DNA of 64,000 nt from Hydrolagus colliei (lineage: Eukaryota): contig CM068742.1 in assembly GCA_035084275.1 (NCBI GenBank), forward strand, positions 123,070,001-123,134,000, written 5' to 3'. Below are positions 51,067-63,709 of the stretch, piece after piece. The notes beneath the pieces were generated by a model, which worked only from the letters and a program-made list of their open reading frames with translations, was not told where the DNA came from and did not search any database. The number at the start of each line of letters is the position of its first letter. The stretch's first letter is position 1. The position numbers and the translations under genes were made by a program.

Positions 51067-51726
51067 GTCTTGGGTTAATACTGTGTCTGCATTAGTAAGT
51101 TGCAGGCTGAGCCGTGGAGTGAATTTAGAGTAGATGGACATGAATACAAAAGTATTCAGAGTCTGTGCCAAATGAGGTGGTGATGATGGCTGAGGAGGCT
51201 CAGAGGAGGGAGTGTTTTGGCACAAAGGTAGCACAGACTGTTTGATGCACTTCACCACAGAGCATTCTGCCAAGTGCTTCAAATAAGATAATGGCATTTC
51301 TAATTTTTATTAAGAACTTTGGTTCTTTGCACAGATTTGGTTGTGTTAGTTTTCAATTAAACCTTAAAATCTTATCCAGTGATGAGTGACTATTTTGAAA
51401 CTATTAAACTAGTTCTGAATAAAAAAGTTGAATGTTAACTTGGTGAGGTGTTTCTCTTCTCTTTTTTTTGTATTGTTTGCTGTTGTTTACTGCAACAGGA
51501 TGATTGACACATTCTAAATACAGTAATCTTGTGGCTTTGCCTCTGTAATGCAATCTGTCCTACATATCTGGGGACGTTTGTACATGTCCCTCCACAAGAT
51601 TCAGGGGGACAGTAGGTACTTTGTGCATGCACAAAACCTAATGTCTATCAGGCTGAGAAAAAACACAGGTGGGGGGCTCTTATAGTGCGTCAAATGCAAT
51701 GGAGTACCTCTACTGAATTTGACAGT

Positions 51727-52083
51727 GGAGTCCCATAGTATAGTGGTTAGCGTACTCGCCTTGTAAGCGAGAGAACCCAGATTCGATTCCCAGTCAGGGT
51801 CAAACCTTAGGCAAGTTTCCTTACTTTACTGGCCTCTGTTTGCCTAGGAGTAAGTAGGAACCCAGGTGTTAGTCGATTAGCAGATCATTCTCCAGTGATG
51901 GTAATCCCTCAAAAAAAATCACTCATTCCATAACTGTTTGTGGGACCCTGGTGTGTGCAATTGTGCACAAATGCTTTGTTTCACCTAAAAATTATAGTCA
52001 ATCCAATTAACAATATATTCTGTGAAGCACTTTGGGATGTCTTAATGACCTGATCACACTATATCCAATGCAAGGATTATTAT
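51727..52083 (+). mobile_element. Full-length tRNA-derived SINE, same family as 32884
   Basis: A-box tagtggttagcg, anticodon arm CTCGC-CTTGTAA-GCGAG, B-box gattcgattcc, CORE-like ggcaagtttcc...gcctctgtttgcctag, L2-type tail. Confidence 0.9.
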
Positions 52084-52537
52084 CTGATCTGCAACAGCAT
52101 TACGGTTTAGGGTTTAGGAGTAGAGCTGGATTTTTAAATTGTTCTTTTTAAAAAAAAAAAAATCCTCGCACTTTATTCCGTAGAATCAGGAACCCTATGA
52201 AACGGGGCATGAAATGAAAAAAAAACACCCTGGTTTCCAAACCTTCCCCTCTGGGCCATTTCTGGCACTGTGCAAATAAAAAATTATTGCACTTCAACTC
52301 CTCTTTTGCATGGAGCAATTTGGAGATTGAGGAAACATTTGCCTCAGTTTTGCTGACTATCAACTTTGCAGCAAGCTTCTCTCGTTCCTCTTCCCTCGGG
52401 TTTTTAATTCTTTTTTCCATAGACGAGGTCACTGATCTGTCCTGGTTTGTGTTTGGGCACATCTTTTTGTTCATTTCAGACAGAATTGCAGTACAGCACT
52501 TAAGTTAAATTTAAGTCCAGGATTTAAAAGTAATAAC

Positions 52538-52729
52538 AACGCAAAATACTGCAAATGCTGGAAATCTGAAATAAAAACAGAAATCACTGGGAACACTCAG
52601 CAGGTCAGGCAGCATCTATGGAGAAAGAAAAGTGAATCAATGTTTTGGACGGGAATTATTTACTCACATTTCCTTTCTCCATAGATGCTGCTTGACCTGC
52701 TGAGTGTTCCCAAGCGATTTCTGTTTTTA
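52538..52729. mobile_element. Palindromic (foldback) repeat, Penelope-type terminal sequence
   Basis: Arms 52572-52635 and 52664-52729 are near-perfect reverse complements. A second single-arm copy lies at 19411. The Penelope assignment is from recall of shark repeats. Confidence 0.75.
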
Positions 52730-54321
52730 CTTAAAAGTTATAGTTTCCATTGCCTATGTGATTTGTTACAATGCACGTCACAGACAAGCAATGTGGCAAT
52801 GCTTTGCAGGAGTTACAAGTGCCTTTGTGGAAGGTGGTAAAATATTGATTTCAACATCCTGTAACCAATCTACTAAGGTTGTTAATATGTAATGTTCAAA
52901 CTTGCAGAAACTAACTTCATTGAAAAAGTGGTAATCTTTTTCTTTGATTCAAATGTCACGCATCTTGCGGAAAAAAATGCTAGTCTAGCAAGCTCTGCCA
53001 AATGACACCAATTGGCCCAAAGCTTTCTTGCTTTTAAGGTCTGTGTGCAGTTGGATTTCCAATTTACTGACATTAACAGTATGTATATGTAAATTAGCAA
53101 GATACCATTTAAAGAACCGTCAGTGTCTAATGGGCAAATAGTGATGGACTATATGGAGCTCCTGAATACAACACAAAGGAGTGACGATGAAGTACAGTTT
53201 CATGCTCCTTCCTCCCTCCAAACACACAATCTCTCTGCACATCCCACTCTACACAATGCCCAACAGTAAAGGAGCGAAGATGGAATGAGTTTGGCACTGA
53301 GAATCTATACCTTTGCTCCTTCCATCATTGCAAAAGGATGGTATCGGGTCACCATTCTTGTCACAGGGGAAGGGTGTTGGCTTACTGGTCACAGAAAAGG
53401 GTTACAGTGGAATTGTTAGAGACTAACAAAGTTATTTTGATTATTTTTGATGAAGTGCTTCATTGTGGCCAAAAAATCATGATTTGGAAAATGATATCAG
53501 TCATGACCATCTGAAAAATTTATAACCTCCTCTTGCGACTCACCCTTCATAACGCAATTCTGTGTATAGAACACTCAGGATTCACCTTTATAGGTAAATG
53601 ACCCAGATACATTGTCATCCATCACAATCTCTTTAAGACAATTCTTTGAAATATAAATTGTTGAATTGTAACTCCCGTTGTGCTTGTCATTATGTGATCA
53701 AGGACCTGAAATGTCACCTCAACTCAGCCTTTAGGGACATTTGTCTTAAATTTGAATCTTGTACAGAATTCTAGAAAATTCTTAATTTGAACTATAATTT
53801 GGAAGCTGGTTTTCCTCAGTTTTCAAACTGACTTGCAAATTCAAACTGAATTTAAGAATTTCACACAATTTTGTGCCATTTTACAATTTACAACAAAATG
53901 CTCACACAGACTAGGACCAGGTGAAATTCGGGGCCTCGATATTCTCTTCCTTTCTTTGAGACAATCATGCTAATCAATTTATATTTCTTGTCTTGCCTTG
54001 AAGCTGTATACTTTGTTGGTTGGATTAATAAAGGCTTACGCATTCTGCAACAAATTAACTGATCAATAGAGTCTACATTTTAAATTCATAGTATCTAATC
54101 AGGGGTGAGATTTAATTTCAGGATAGTTCTGAAATTCCTCAATAAGGAATTCCCATTAAGTACTCCTCTCTGGAAATGGATTTTCATGGAATTTCTGTAG
54201 GTTGTGCATCCAGTTACAATAGCCTTCCATTTGCACAACTCAGATTCCTTATCAAGAAATTCCCTCAAGAAATACTGTAAATTAGATTGTTTAGATGTGT
54301 AGATCTTCCTTCTTAATAAGA

Positions 54322-54480
54322 TCATCGAATTTTACAGCACAAAAGAAAGCCATTTGCCCCATTGAGTCTGTGCTGGTCTTTGGAAAGAGCTATTCAAAGT
54401 CAATCCCATGCCCCTGCTCTCTCTCCATAACCCTGCAAATCCGTCATCCCCAAATAACCATCCACCTCTCTTTTAAAAGT
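54322..54480 (-). mobile_element. CR1 LINE 3' end, antisense
   Basis: acagcacaaaagaaagccatttgccccattgagtctgtgctgg is the reverse complement of the 47040-47080 type terminus. Confidence 0.75.
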
Positions 54481-54559
54481 TGTTATCGAAGATGATCAGA
54501 TTTAACAACTCTAATGGTAGCCAAGTTGAAAGTCAACCATCCACAGGACAGTTACAAAG

Positions 54560-54721
54560 CAATTGATGAATTGGCTGTTTGTAGAACATCAATATGCACA
54601 AATGGGTTTTATCATTCGCTCATAAAACTACAGTTGCCACACTTTACAGTGAATCCTGTGAAACGATTTGAGAAATTCTCCCAATGTCTAGGATGCTTTA
54701 CCAATTAAAATATATTATTAT
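54560..54721 (+). mobile_element. Decayed SINE 3' half
   Basis: ggctgtttgt...tgcacaaatgg...cactttacagtgaatcctgtgaaacgatttgaga. Confidence 0.6.
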
Positions 54722-56799
54722 TTGTTATAAAGTGGCTGAAATACCCACTCATCCCTAATTGAATGTGCCATTGGCATATCCAATAGCATTTAATGGAGAC
54801 AATTTGTGTAAATGCTGCTGATGTCTGCGCACTATGTTTTATTGCTGGTAAATTGGTACTTTATGTTTATAGAAATATGGTGTGATAACGCTAACTTTAT
54901 CCTTTATTTGTAACAAAACAACAGAATCTTCAGATATCAAAATCCTTCTTCAGGTTCAATTCCTAACCCAAGGGTTGCAGCGTGGATGTAGTATGTGTGA
55001 TTCTCAAACAATGCTCTGTTTAGATCCCTCACTTTAGATTCCTGTGATCAAAACCACCCTCACATTTCACATGCTAGTAGAAATGTTGATATTGGTGTTT
55101 AAGCCTTTAGCATGGGCGTAGCTTTGCCCATGTGACTCACTGTACTTGCCAGGGATGGTTAATAAACAGCTATCATAAAAATCTATGCAAACTTCACCAT
55201 TTTAAGGGAAAAATGCACAGTTTAATCTCTTTGAGCAGTGTTAACTCTAGGGTTTATTGGCAAGATGTCAAAGATATCTCTTGCTGGCAACAATCTTTCA
55301 GACTGTAGCTTGAAAGTTGAAGTTGATGCTCTGGAGGTTTTCTATTTTTAGTGAAGTCTGTGAATGAAGTGATCTTTGATGAATCATACATCGGTTTCAA
55401 CTCTGGTAGAAAAGTGTTGAAAGAGTTCATGCCAATTCACCAAAGGAGAGGGAAGAACTTTCCCAAGGCTGGAAGCAGACAGTGCTCCATCCTGCCCAAT
55501 AAACAGCTTGTGGGCATGCACTGTTCAGATCACAATCCTGATGTCTGGGTGTGCCACCTTATGCTGCGAAGTGCATCTCTGAACCACTCCCATCCCTGTC
55601 AACCTCAGAGCACAGATCGGCAGCTTTGAACTGCAGGCAAAACTCAATAAATTACATGTGGACCTAACTGAACCCAATTACTTTAAAAAAATGCCCATTT
55701 GCATTATCGTAAACAACAGAAAGAAAACACATTGTCATATTGATCGAACTTGAATGCATATATTGTATTTAATTTTACTTTATATGTATATTATTTCTTT
55801 TGGATTTTCATCAGGAGAGGGATTGACCCTGAAGAAGGATTTTGATCTTCCCTTAGGATTCCTTTGTTTTGTTATAAGTTAAAAGATAAAGTTGGCGCAC
55901 AATATTTAATTTCATATGCAGGTAAAAAAAATCAAAAGTTTTCTTAATACTGTAGATAGAAAAGTCTAAAGAAAGGTATAAATATCAGTTCTGATAGGGA
56001 TATAAAGCGTTGGTAGAGTTAACAGTAAATTATCCCAATTAAACCCAATTTTATTCCCAGTGCTTGCATACTAAGCAAAGATCTTATATAAATAATGAGA
56101 AAAAAGTATACCCCACTAGATGACCACAAATATTTTAAGAATGGAAGTCATGATAAGCTTCCGACAATTGGTGTGACCAGCCGTCTAATATAACACCGTT
56201 GAAGTGCACCAGGTCTATATCTTTTACAAACACTGATGAAATATATTTTAAGTGTCTTTCTCCACCAGAGTCGTAAAGCAATTTCCAAGTCTCTCTGAAG
56301 TATTTGAACCGTGAAGGCTGTTGTAACTCAACTGGATGAAACGGTAGCCATGAGCAGCGATGGAGGTCACTTGTGTTAGTTTATATTCTTTGTGAGCTTC
56401 ACATCTTCATAACATCAGTTACAGCTCAGAAAGTTGGTTCCTCCTCATCTCTACTCCCAAAACCGTCTGTAATGTTCTCCATAGCTTTCTCAATGTTGCC
56501 CAGAGCCATTCCATGTGCAGCCTGCTCATTTTCTGTGCCATTGCTCTGAGAGCTGGCGAAGACTTGATGGGTGAAAGCATTTCTGTTCCTCTCTAAACTA
56601 TCTATCATCTAGAGTATCTAACTGTAAAGCCACTGCATTACAATATTATGTTTTGGAGAATGTTCATATTAAGACATTGTGAGGAGTTGATTTTGTGTTG
56701 AACCACACAAGTTAGTGATGAGTGATGCTTGCCTTGAAGCAGCTTTTCTTAAAAATGCCTTCTTATGGAAACTGAGTTTGAATACAATTGACAACAGCT

Positions 56800-57110
56800 A
56801 GATTGTGGCTCAGAGGTTAGAGCACTCATCTTAGAAGCGAGAGACCTGGGTTTGATTTCAGGTAGGGTGAAAACTTGGGCAAGCTTCTTACTCCTTCAAT
56901 ATTTGATACTAATCCCTCAAGAAAATACAAGCAATAATAATTTTGTTACACAATCCACAACTATTTGTGGGACACTGCTGTGTGCAATTGGCTGCTGCAT
57001 TTCGCCCACACAATCCACTTTACAGTACATTCATCAGATTTCTGTGAAGCGCTTTGAGATTCTAGAAGCCATCAAAGTGCTATATCAAATGCAAAGACTA
57101 TTGTTATTAT
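56800..57110 (+). mobile_element. tRNA-derived SINE, same family, internally deleted
   Basis: gtggctcagaggttagagcactc...gcgagagacctgggtttgattt...ttgggcaag, tail ctgtgaagcgctttgaga...gctatatcaaatgcaaag. Confidence 0.85.
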
Positions 57111-59699
57111 AGATTGCCAGGCCTGACAATCTAAACTGCTCTACAATAATCCAATAAATTATAATTTCTGGAATTTAGTAACTGTATCAAGAATAGCTAG
57201 GCTTGTTAAATTCACTTCCTTCAGATCTATACCTTCTCAAAACTGGTAACAAATGTATGGGATGTTACTCTTTGTGCAAAAAGATACCTTGGTAGAGGAT
57301 AATTTGATGCAAGTTTATGAAAATACTTTTGTCTAATCCAAGAAATTTGTAGGAAAAACAGAGATAGATACATAGAAGTATATTTCAGTTAAAGGAACAA
57401 TATATCTATCTGCCGTCCAAACCACCTTATTAGGTACTTTTACAAAAGGACGCCTTGAACCATATTTAAAGGTCTTAAAATAATAGTGGGTTTAAAGCAA
57501 TCTAAACTATGCAATTCACAAAGCAATGCTGGTCCACAACTCATCCGTTAATGAGTTCATTCATATTATTTATAATAACTTTGTTTTGCATTTGATATCT
57601 CTCCTTATCATGTCGTCAGTGGCTCAATGCGCATTACATCTGTAAAGTACATTTTGCATGCAGATAACCAGACATCATTTTAAACCTGCAAAAAAAAGAC
57701 CTACAAAATTCACTTGGATCTTAGCCCGGGGTGGTATTTTACTCTGCAGGTATCATCATTAGCTCTACAGATGTTTGGATGATTTTTACACTGTAAATTA
57801 TCTAAATATCCACCTTATGCAACCCTCTAACTGCACATAGACTTTGCTCTGAGTGAGTAAAATTTGTGGGTAAAAATCATAGTCAGATCATGTACTCATG
57901 AACAGTTGCTGAAAACCAAGGAGATTGTGACCTGTGCATTGGTGGCCCACAAACAAGTTTATTGCAATATTTTGTTCAGCCTTAGAGGACAACTGGTAAT
58001 TCTATGAGAACTGGTTAATGAACTTAATTTAGTGTGGCCTCACAGATTTCTCTCGCACCCTCTCCTCGTGACTGCATTGTTTGGTAGAAGGGAGGAAGGG
58101 GTGGGGGAGTGGGGGAGTTCAGGGAGCCATCTCAATCGCAAGATAATTCTATTAACTTTAATCAACGATTGAATATAATCGGAAAGATTGTGCATTGCCT
58201 TATGGAGAAACAGCAGCTTGACATGATCTAATGCTATCCAGCTCAGAGACTACTCCTGTATATCAGACCATGCTCAGTATATTGCTGCACCAGTCATTGA
58301 AAGTTTAGCTGTAAACTCCGTGCACCTGGCAATGGCCCTAAGCAGCATTCTGTTGCTGTATGTGAACAGGATGGTGGAGCGGACCACAAAAATTTTGACT
58401 TGAAAACAAAACTATCTGTCAAACAAATGAAGTCTTTGTCTGTAGGTGAAGGTGCGAAATATGAGTCACAGCAATTCTTCAGACTTCTTTGGACTATAGA
58501 GTGTCCATAACTCTGAAATAGGCATGCGTGGAAGGGATGACATTGCTTATTTAAATAAATTCCAAGTCACAACACAGCCAAAGATAAGGCAGTTCCAAAA
58601 CTGCTAAAAATGAATTATTAAAAGATCAGATTCTTGTCTTTCTGAATGCTTGTGTGTGAATCGTTTCATCCAATAAACAAACCTATTAATTCTTCTTACG
58701 TACAGTAGTTTCTGGGACGTTGCACTGCAAACTCCAGCCAGATTATTCTATACATAACATTAACTGTGCCTTGCAATTTACTAATTGCTGACTTCAGACA
58801 CACTTCTGATAACTAACTGCAGAACAGGAACCTCTTAACAGAAAGTCTCTCAAGCATCAATCTGTTTGACAAGGTTTTATTTGAAAAGCTAAATGCTCGG
58901 TTGCACATAAAAGTTCCAAACTCCATCAACATTTAATTGTAAGTAGTCAGGTTTGATATGAGTTGACCAAGATAAATCACACGGTATTTTATTTCTTCTG
59001 CCTTTCTACAAATTTCCCCGCTCTGTACTTGAACTTAAATGCTGGGTGATTGCCCTAATATCACGAGATGGCCATTTTTGTTTTGATTCTCCACAGGGTG
59101 GCCATCACAAGAATGTTTCTTTACTCTGGGCTCTGTAACACGGAGCTTGTACTGTAGTTTTGTAATTTGGATCATTACCCAGTTTTGGCCTCATCTGTTT
59201 GACACCTTCACCCAGGCTGAATAACTAGCTGTGTATAAACACAATCATTTCGTTTCCTTAGAGACGTCAAACACTCAACCCCAGACCGTAAAATCCATTT
59301 TTCTCAGTCCCACACATTGAAATAATGAACTAACATGCAATACCTACCCAGAGTTTCTTTTTGTCTTTGCAAATTTTCCCCAAATTTCTTACCTGGAGAC
59401 ATTTTCACTTAGACATGTGTACCTGAAATATCTAAAGAAGCACTAAAGAAAATGAACTAGCTTTGGACTGTTGGAGGATTACTGGATTTGAAATTTCAAC
59501 CTCAGCAGATATTCCCATATGGGTTTCCTCACATTTGAATGAACATAAAGTATGGAATAAGAAGAGGCCACTGAGTCAATTTCTTCCAGAAGACTGTGTC
59601 GAATTAACACTGTCTTGGACTCTACCCAACACGTTTAATCTCTCGAGACATAACTAACCGCAGGTAAACGTCTGAAAAGATGCAGGGAAAAGAGGATGA

Positions 59700-59865
59700 A
59701 AAACTGACCAAAGGAGAGGAAGTCCCCACCTGATGCTCTGTCATGGCTGATATCCAAATTGGAATCCTTGACAATGCCTGCAGGCTGGAACGTGCTTCCT
59801 GGTGATCCAGGAGGAAACGGGTGGTTGCAAGAGCTCACTGGGTTTGGGAAGGGAATAAGAGAATG
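59700..59865 (-). mobile_element. Possible old L2 ORF2 fragment
   Basis: Minus peptide GIVKDSNLDISH resembles L2 GV..DS.LSF..HI. Confidence 0.3.
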
Positions 59866-60456
59866 TGGTGTAAAATCATTTTGTTTCATATCTGTTATGT
59901 ATAACAAGTTTTCAAGAAATTTCAGGCAAAGCAGCAACTTGCAATTAATAGTGGCCTTCATATGGGGTGGCGTCTCGGAGCATTTTAACAAGGATACCAA
60001 AGTTAAAAATGTCCCCTGGAAGGGAGGCAAGAGAACTAATGTGGAAACTGATGGTTGTGTATTCCATGTTTTCCAAATCAATGAAAGAGAACTTACTTTT
60101 TAAAATGGTTCCTGTATTAAATCTCACTAAGTGAGACAATTCCAGTCAGTTTTATTCTCCTTGGTAACCGAACATTTGTTCCACTGATGCATAGTAATCT
60201 GCAACTTTAATGTGTTATACTCAGCTAAAAACGTACACCCACAAAATTACATTTGTATGGTGCCTTAAACCCATCATAAGGCATTCTGCTGTGGGGGTAT
60301 TTGACTTTATCTAAGCATTTCACAATTCTTAAATTCACTCTTGCCTGAAGTTTTCTCACAGTTCTTGAACTCAAACTACTATTAATTAGGACTGGACTTT
60401 AATATTCTGACCCTGAAATACTGGTACATTACTCAGAAAAAAAGTCTTCAGTCTAG

Positions 60457-61508
60457 TAGGGTCCGGCGATATATCGATATATCGCTAAAACCCAATATAA
60501 TTTTCATATCGATATGCCGTTATAGACATTTTAAAAATATCGATATATCGAAAAAACTATATATCGAGGTAAAAAATCGGGATGCGAGCACACTGAACTA
60601 CTAGACCCAGAATGCTCATCTCTATACATAATGCACAGACCGAGGTGCAAAGCCGCCATATTGTATTCATAGTCCTCGATTACAATATACAGCTTTGCAA
60701 GTGGGGGGGGGGGGGGGGGGGGTGAGGGGGAGAGAGACTGCTGGGGGGGGGTGAGGGGGAGAGAGATGGCTGGGGGAGGGGGAGAGAGACGGCTGGGGGG
60801 AGAGGGGGAGAGAGACGGCTGGGGGGAGGGGGAGAGATGGCTGGGGGGGGAGGAGAGGGGGAGAGAGACGGCTGGGGGGAGGGGGAGAGAGATGGCTGGG
60901 GTGGGGAGGAGAGGGGGAGAGAAACAGCTGGGGGGGAGGGGGATAGAGACGGCTGGGGGGAGGGGGAGAGAGACGGCTGGGGGGGAGGAGAGGGGGAGAG
61001 AGACGGCTGGAGGGAGGGGGAGAGAGACAGCTGGGGGGAGAAAGATGGCTGGGGGAGTGAGAGAGACGGCTGGAGGGGGGAGGGAGAGAGAGAAGTTGGG
61101 GGGGGCGAGGGAGAAAGAGACGGCTGGGGGGGTGGTGGGGGAGAGAGACGACGGGGGTGGGGGGTGCAAGAGAGGGACGGCGGGGGGGGGGGGAGAGACG
61201 TGGTGGATGTGATAATATACAGATAGATAGAGATGGGGGGGATGTGAGAGAGGAGAGAGGGAGAGAGACACAGAGACACACAGACAGAAAAACACAGAGA
61301 TGGAGAAAGTGAGAGACACAGAGAGAGAAAGATATTTACCTCCTGAGAAGATAGGCCCGAAATGCGCGCGCACCCGGAACGCACGCGCACTCCGAATGCG
61401 CGTGCGCATGCGCAGTACGAAAACCCCCAAAATATTGATATTTCGGTATATCTCGATACGAGCCCATCGATATATTTATTCGGAAAATTTCCATATCGAC
61501 GGACCCTA
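60457..61508. mobile_element. Non-autonomous hAT (Ac-like) DNA transposon, 1,052 bp
   Basis: TIRs TAGGGTCCGGCGATAT / ATATCGACGGACCCTA (15 of 16 complementary). 8-bp TSD CAGTCTAG (60449-60456) / GAGTCTAG (61509-61516). Repeated subterminal ATATCG/CGATAT motifs. No transposase ORF. Confidence 0.88.
60703..61199 (+). repeat. G-rich minisatellite, about 18 units of GAGAGAGACGGCTGGGGGG(A)GGG (about 22-30 bp each)
   Basis: Read directly. It produces the Pro/Ser-rich and Gly/Arg/Glu-rich ORFs in the track. Confidence 0.9.
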
Positions 61509-61549
61509 GAGTCTAGACAAAGGTGCGATATCTCCCCACTGGCCATTCA

Positions 61550-61824
61550 GTGGAAAATAAACCTGGTCTTGTCTGCCTGTCCAGATGGATGTTAAACATG
61601 GCACGATTCCAAAAGATAAGAGAGTTCCTCCTGGTATCCTGGCCAAATTTCCCCAAATAAAATTGGTCATTCGCTTCATAGCAGTTTGCGAGACATGTCT
61701 GTGTACAGATGGCTGCTGCATTTCACTCACACAATACACTAATCAATCCACTTTACAGTATATCCTGTGAAGCGCTTTGAGACATCTCAATGACGTGAAA
61801 GGCGCCAAATCAAATGCAAGGATC
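61550..61824 (+). mobile_element. Deu-domain SINE 3' part with L2-type tail
   Basis: catggcacgattc...cctggtatcctggccaaatt...ctgtgaagcgctttgagac...gacgtgaaaggcgc...atcaaatgcaagg. Confidence 0.82.
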
Positions 61825-63234
61825 AAGTACTCCACCACTGGAACTCCTGAGTGACCTGAAATCCCTTTCTGCATGAGAGATAGAGTTAAGTCAAAGGATT
61901 GTTTTTTTCCAGCTTCCTGATGTGGTGTAGACCTGAAGAGTGATAGGTAGAATAACTTCTGATTTATTTGCATCTTGACAATACTGCATTAAAACTCAGC
62001 CATTTCCTACTTTTGTGTGGGAACAAACTTGTAAACCTAGGCAGAACATTGCTTGCGGATGTCGGCCGTCAGCTGCAGTGCTGCTGAGCAGGAAGCAGAG
62101 TGTCCTGGGACTACATCTGCCATTGAACCGCCATTTACAGCCATCAATTATTACTCTTGAATTATGAAGCATTTTTTTTAAACATCAGTTTCTCTTGTCA
62201 GCACTAGCACAATAATATTTTGATGAGTCTTCATCATTAGGTTCTTTCTTTATTATTCCTTATCTTAAAAATAAAATCTCCTCCCCCACCCCCCTACACA
62301 CATACTCTCACAGTCATTCCTATTGTGAGTTTCAGCTCTTTGTGCTTTGTGCAATGAAAATTCAAAGTTATCATTTAATTTCATTGATTGAAGGATACTA
62401 ATGGGAAAGTCATTGGGAACAGTAAAGATTTTCACATGGAAGGTTTGATTCTCAGCAGGGCTAGCTTAACGGATTGGGGGGACTTAAATCAGATTGCATT
62501 TGGGAGCCCTTTAGACTATGAATGCGAAATATGCAACAATACTTTTTTTAAAATACTAGTTTTAAATTCTCACTCCTCCAGCTCCGCCCTACGTCTTGTC
62601 GCTCTCCACCCAGCCTTATGGCATAGAATGATGAGTAAGAGAGGCACAGCCGGGAGGTAAAGTCTTCAAGGTCAAAGCTGGGGCCCCTCAGACCTTGGTG
62701 GCCCCCTCAGATCTTGGGACCCTAAGCAACGCTTTATCTTGTTGGTTAATCTGGCCTTGATCATCGTTCTTCGCAGAGTGAGCTGGATTAGCACTTTGAA
62801 TGCTATTGTTGTCTTTGTAATTCCTGGGTTGTGGTAGAGAAAATCAGATCAGGTTCCTGCTCCTTGATTGTTGTATAGCGTTGATTGGAACCATCATACA
62901 GCGTAGATCCAACGAAAGCAATCCAAGTCCATTGTATTGCATTTGAGATGTTTATATTAAAGACCATACAAATGTAATTCTTTTGCTGTTGCATTGCGCA
63001 CAAGTAGTCCTAGGAATTTAGGCATTGTAACACAGTCTCTAGACTAAGTTCCAAACAGAGAGCCCTTTTGCCCCCAGACAGGTACTTACTGGTTCCAGCA
63101 ATACTTTTATTCTCTCACCATCCCATGCCACACACTGAGAGTTATACTTTGATTACAGCAGCAAACAAAGGCTGAATCATTGAAATAACAGTGCATGTGA
63201 TCCAGCATGTCTTACTTTATAATAACCATTGTAT

Positions 63235-63709
63235 TTATTAAAGCTTCTCTAATTCCAGGAGCAGGTTATAGGATTTATGTCAAATGTGACTGTGTATTTT
63301 GTTGTAGTCAAACATAGAAGCCAATGTATCTGACAAACAGCCAAGAAGTGAACGACAACATTTTATTTGGAGGAATGTTGGCCAGGACACTGGGAGAAAC
63401 TACATTCTATTTTGAATACAGCCATGGGATCCTTTAATGTCCACCTGAAGAGGCAGAAGGATGACACGTGCAGGGTGACCCAAAAAGTTGTGAAGCTAAC
63501 CTATTATCTAAAAACAAAACAAAAATATCATAATTTCTTTAAGACTCATAAGACATTTACTTGGTATCACAACTTATTAGTCACTGCAGTAATGCAGGGC
63601 AACGCAGCACTGCAATGGATGCTCTGCTTAGACTATATGAGTTCAAAGTATCAATGTCTCAACTTCTTACTCTGAGGTGCAAGTCTGACCAACTGAGCCA
63701 GGCTGACAC
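63235..63709 (-). mobile_element. Deu-domain SINE, antisense, probably interrupted at about 63470-63590
   Basis: ttggccaggacactgggagaa...gccatgggatcctttaatgtccacctgaa, and head ...ccaactgagccaggctgacac. Confidence 0.75.

Noticed and set aside
51727-51801. Functional tRNA gene
   Set aside because: The acceptor and T stems do not pair properly, and it runs on into a SINE body found in several copies.
55351-55629. 92-aa ORF behind a pyrimidine tract and AG, considered as a possible exon
   Set aside because: No resemblance to NFIB exon 3 or to any protein I recognise. It may be a decayed retroelement end, but that is unsupported.
60703-61199. CRISPR-like array
   Set aside because: No unique spacers, low-complexity units, and a eukaryotic intron context.
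60531-61546. Long Pro/Ser-rich and Gly/Glu/Arg-rich ORFs (129-299 aa)
   Set aside because: Stop-free artefacts of the minisatellite inside the hAT element, with no transposase motifs.
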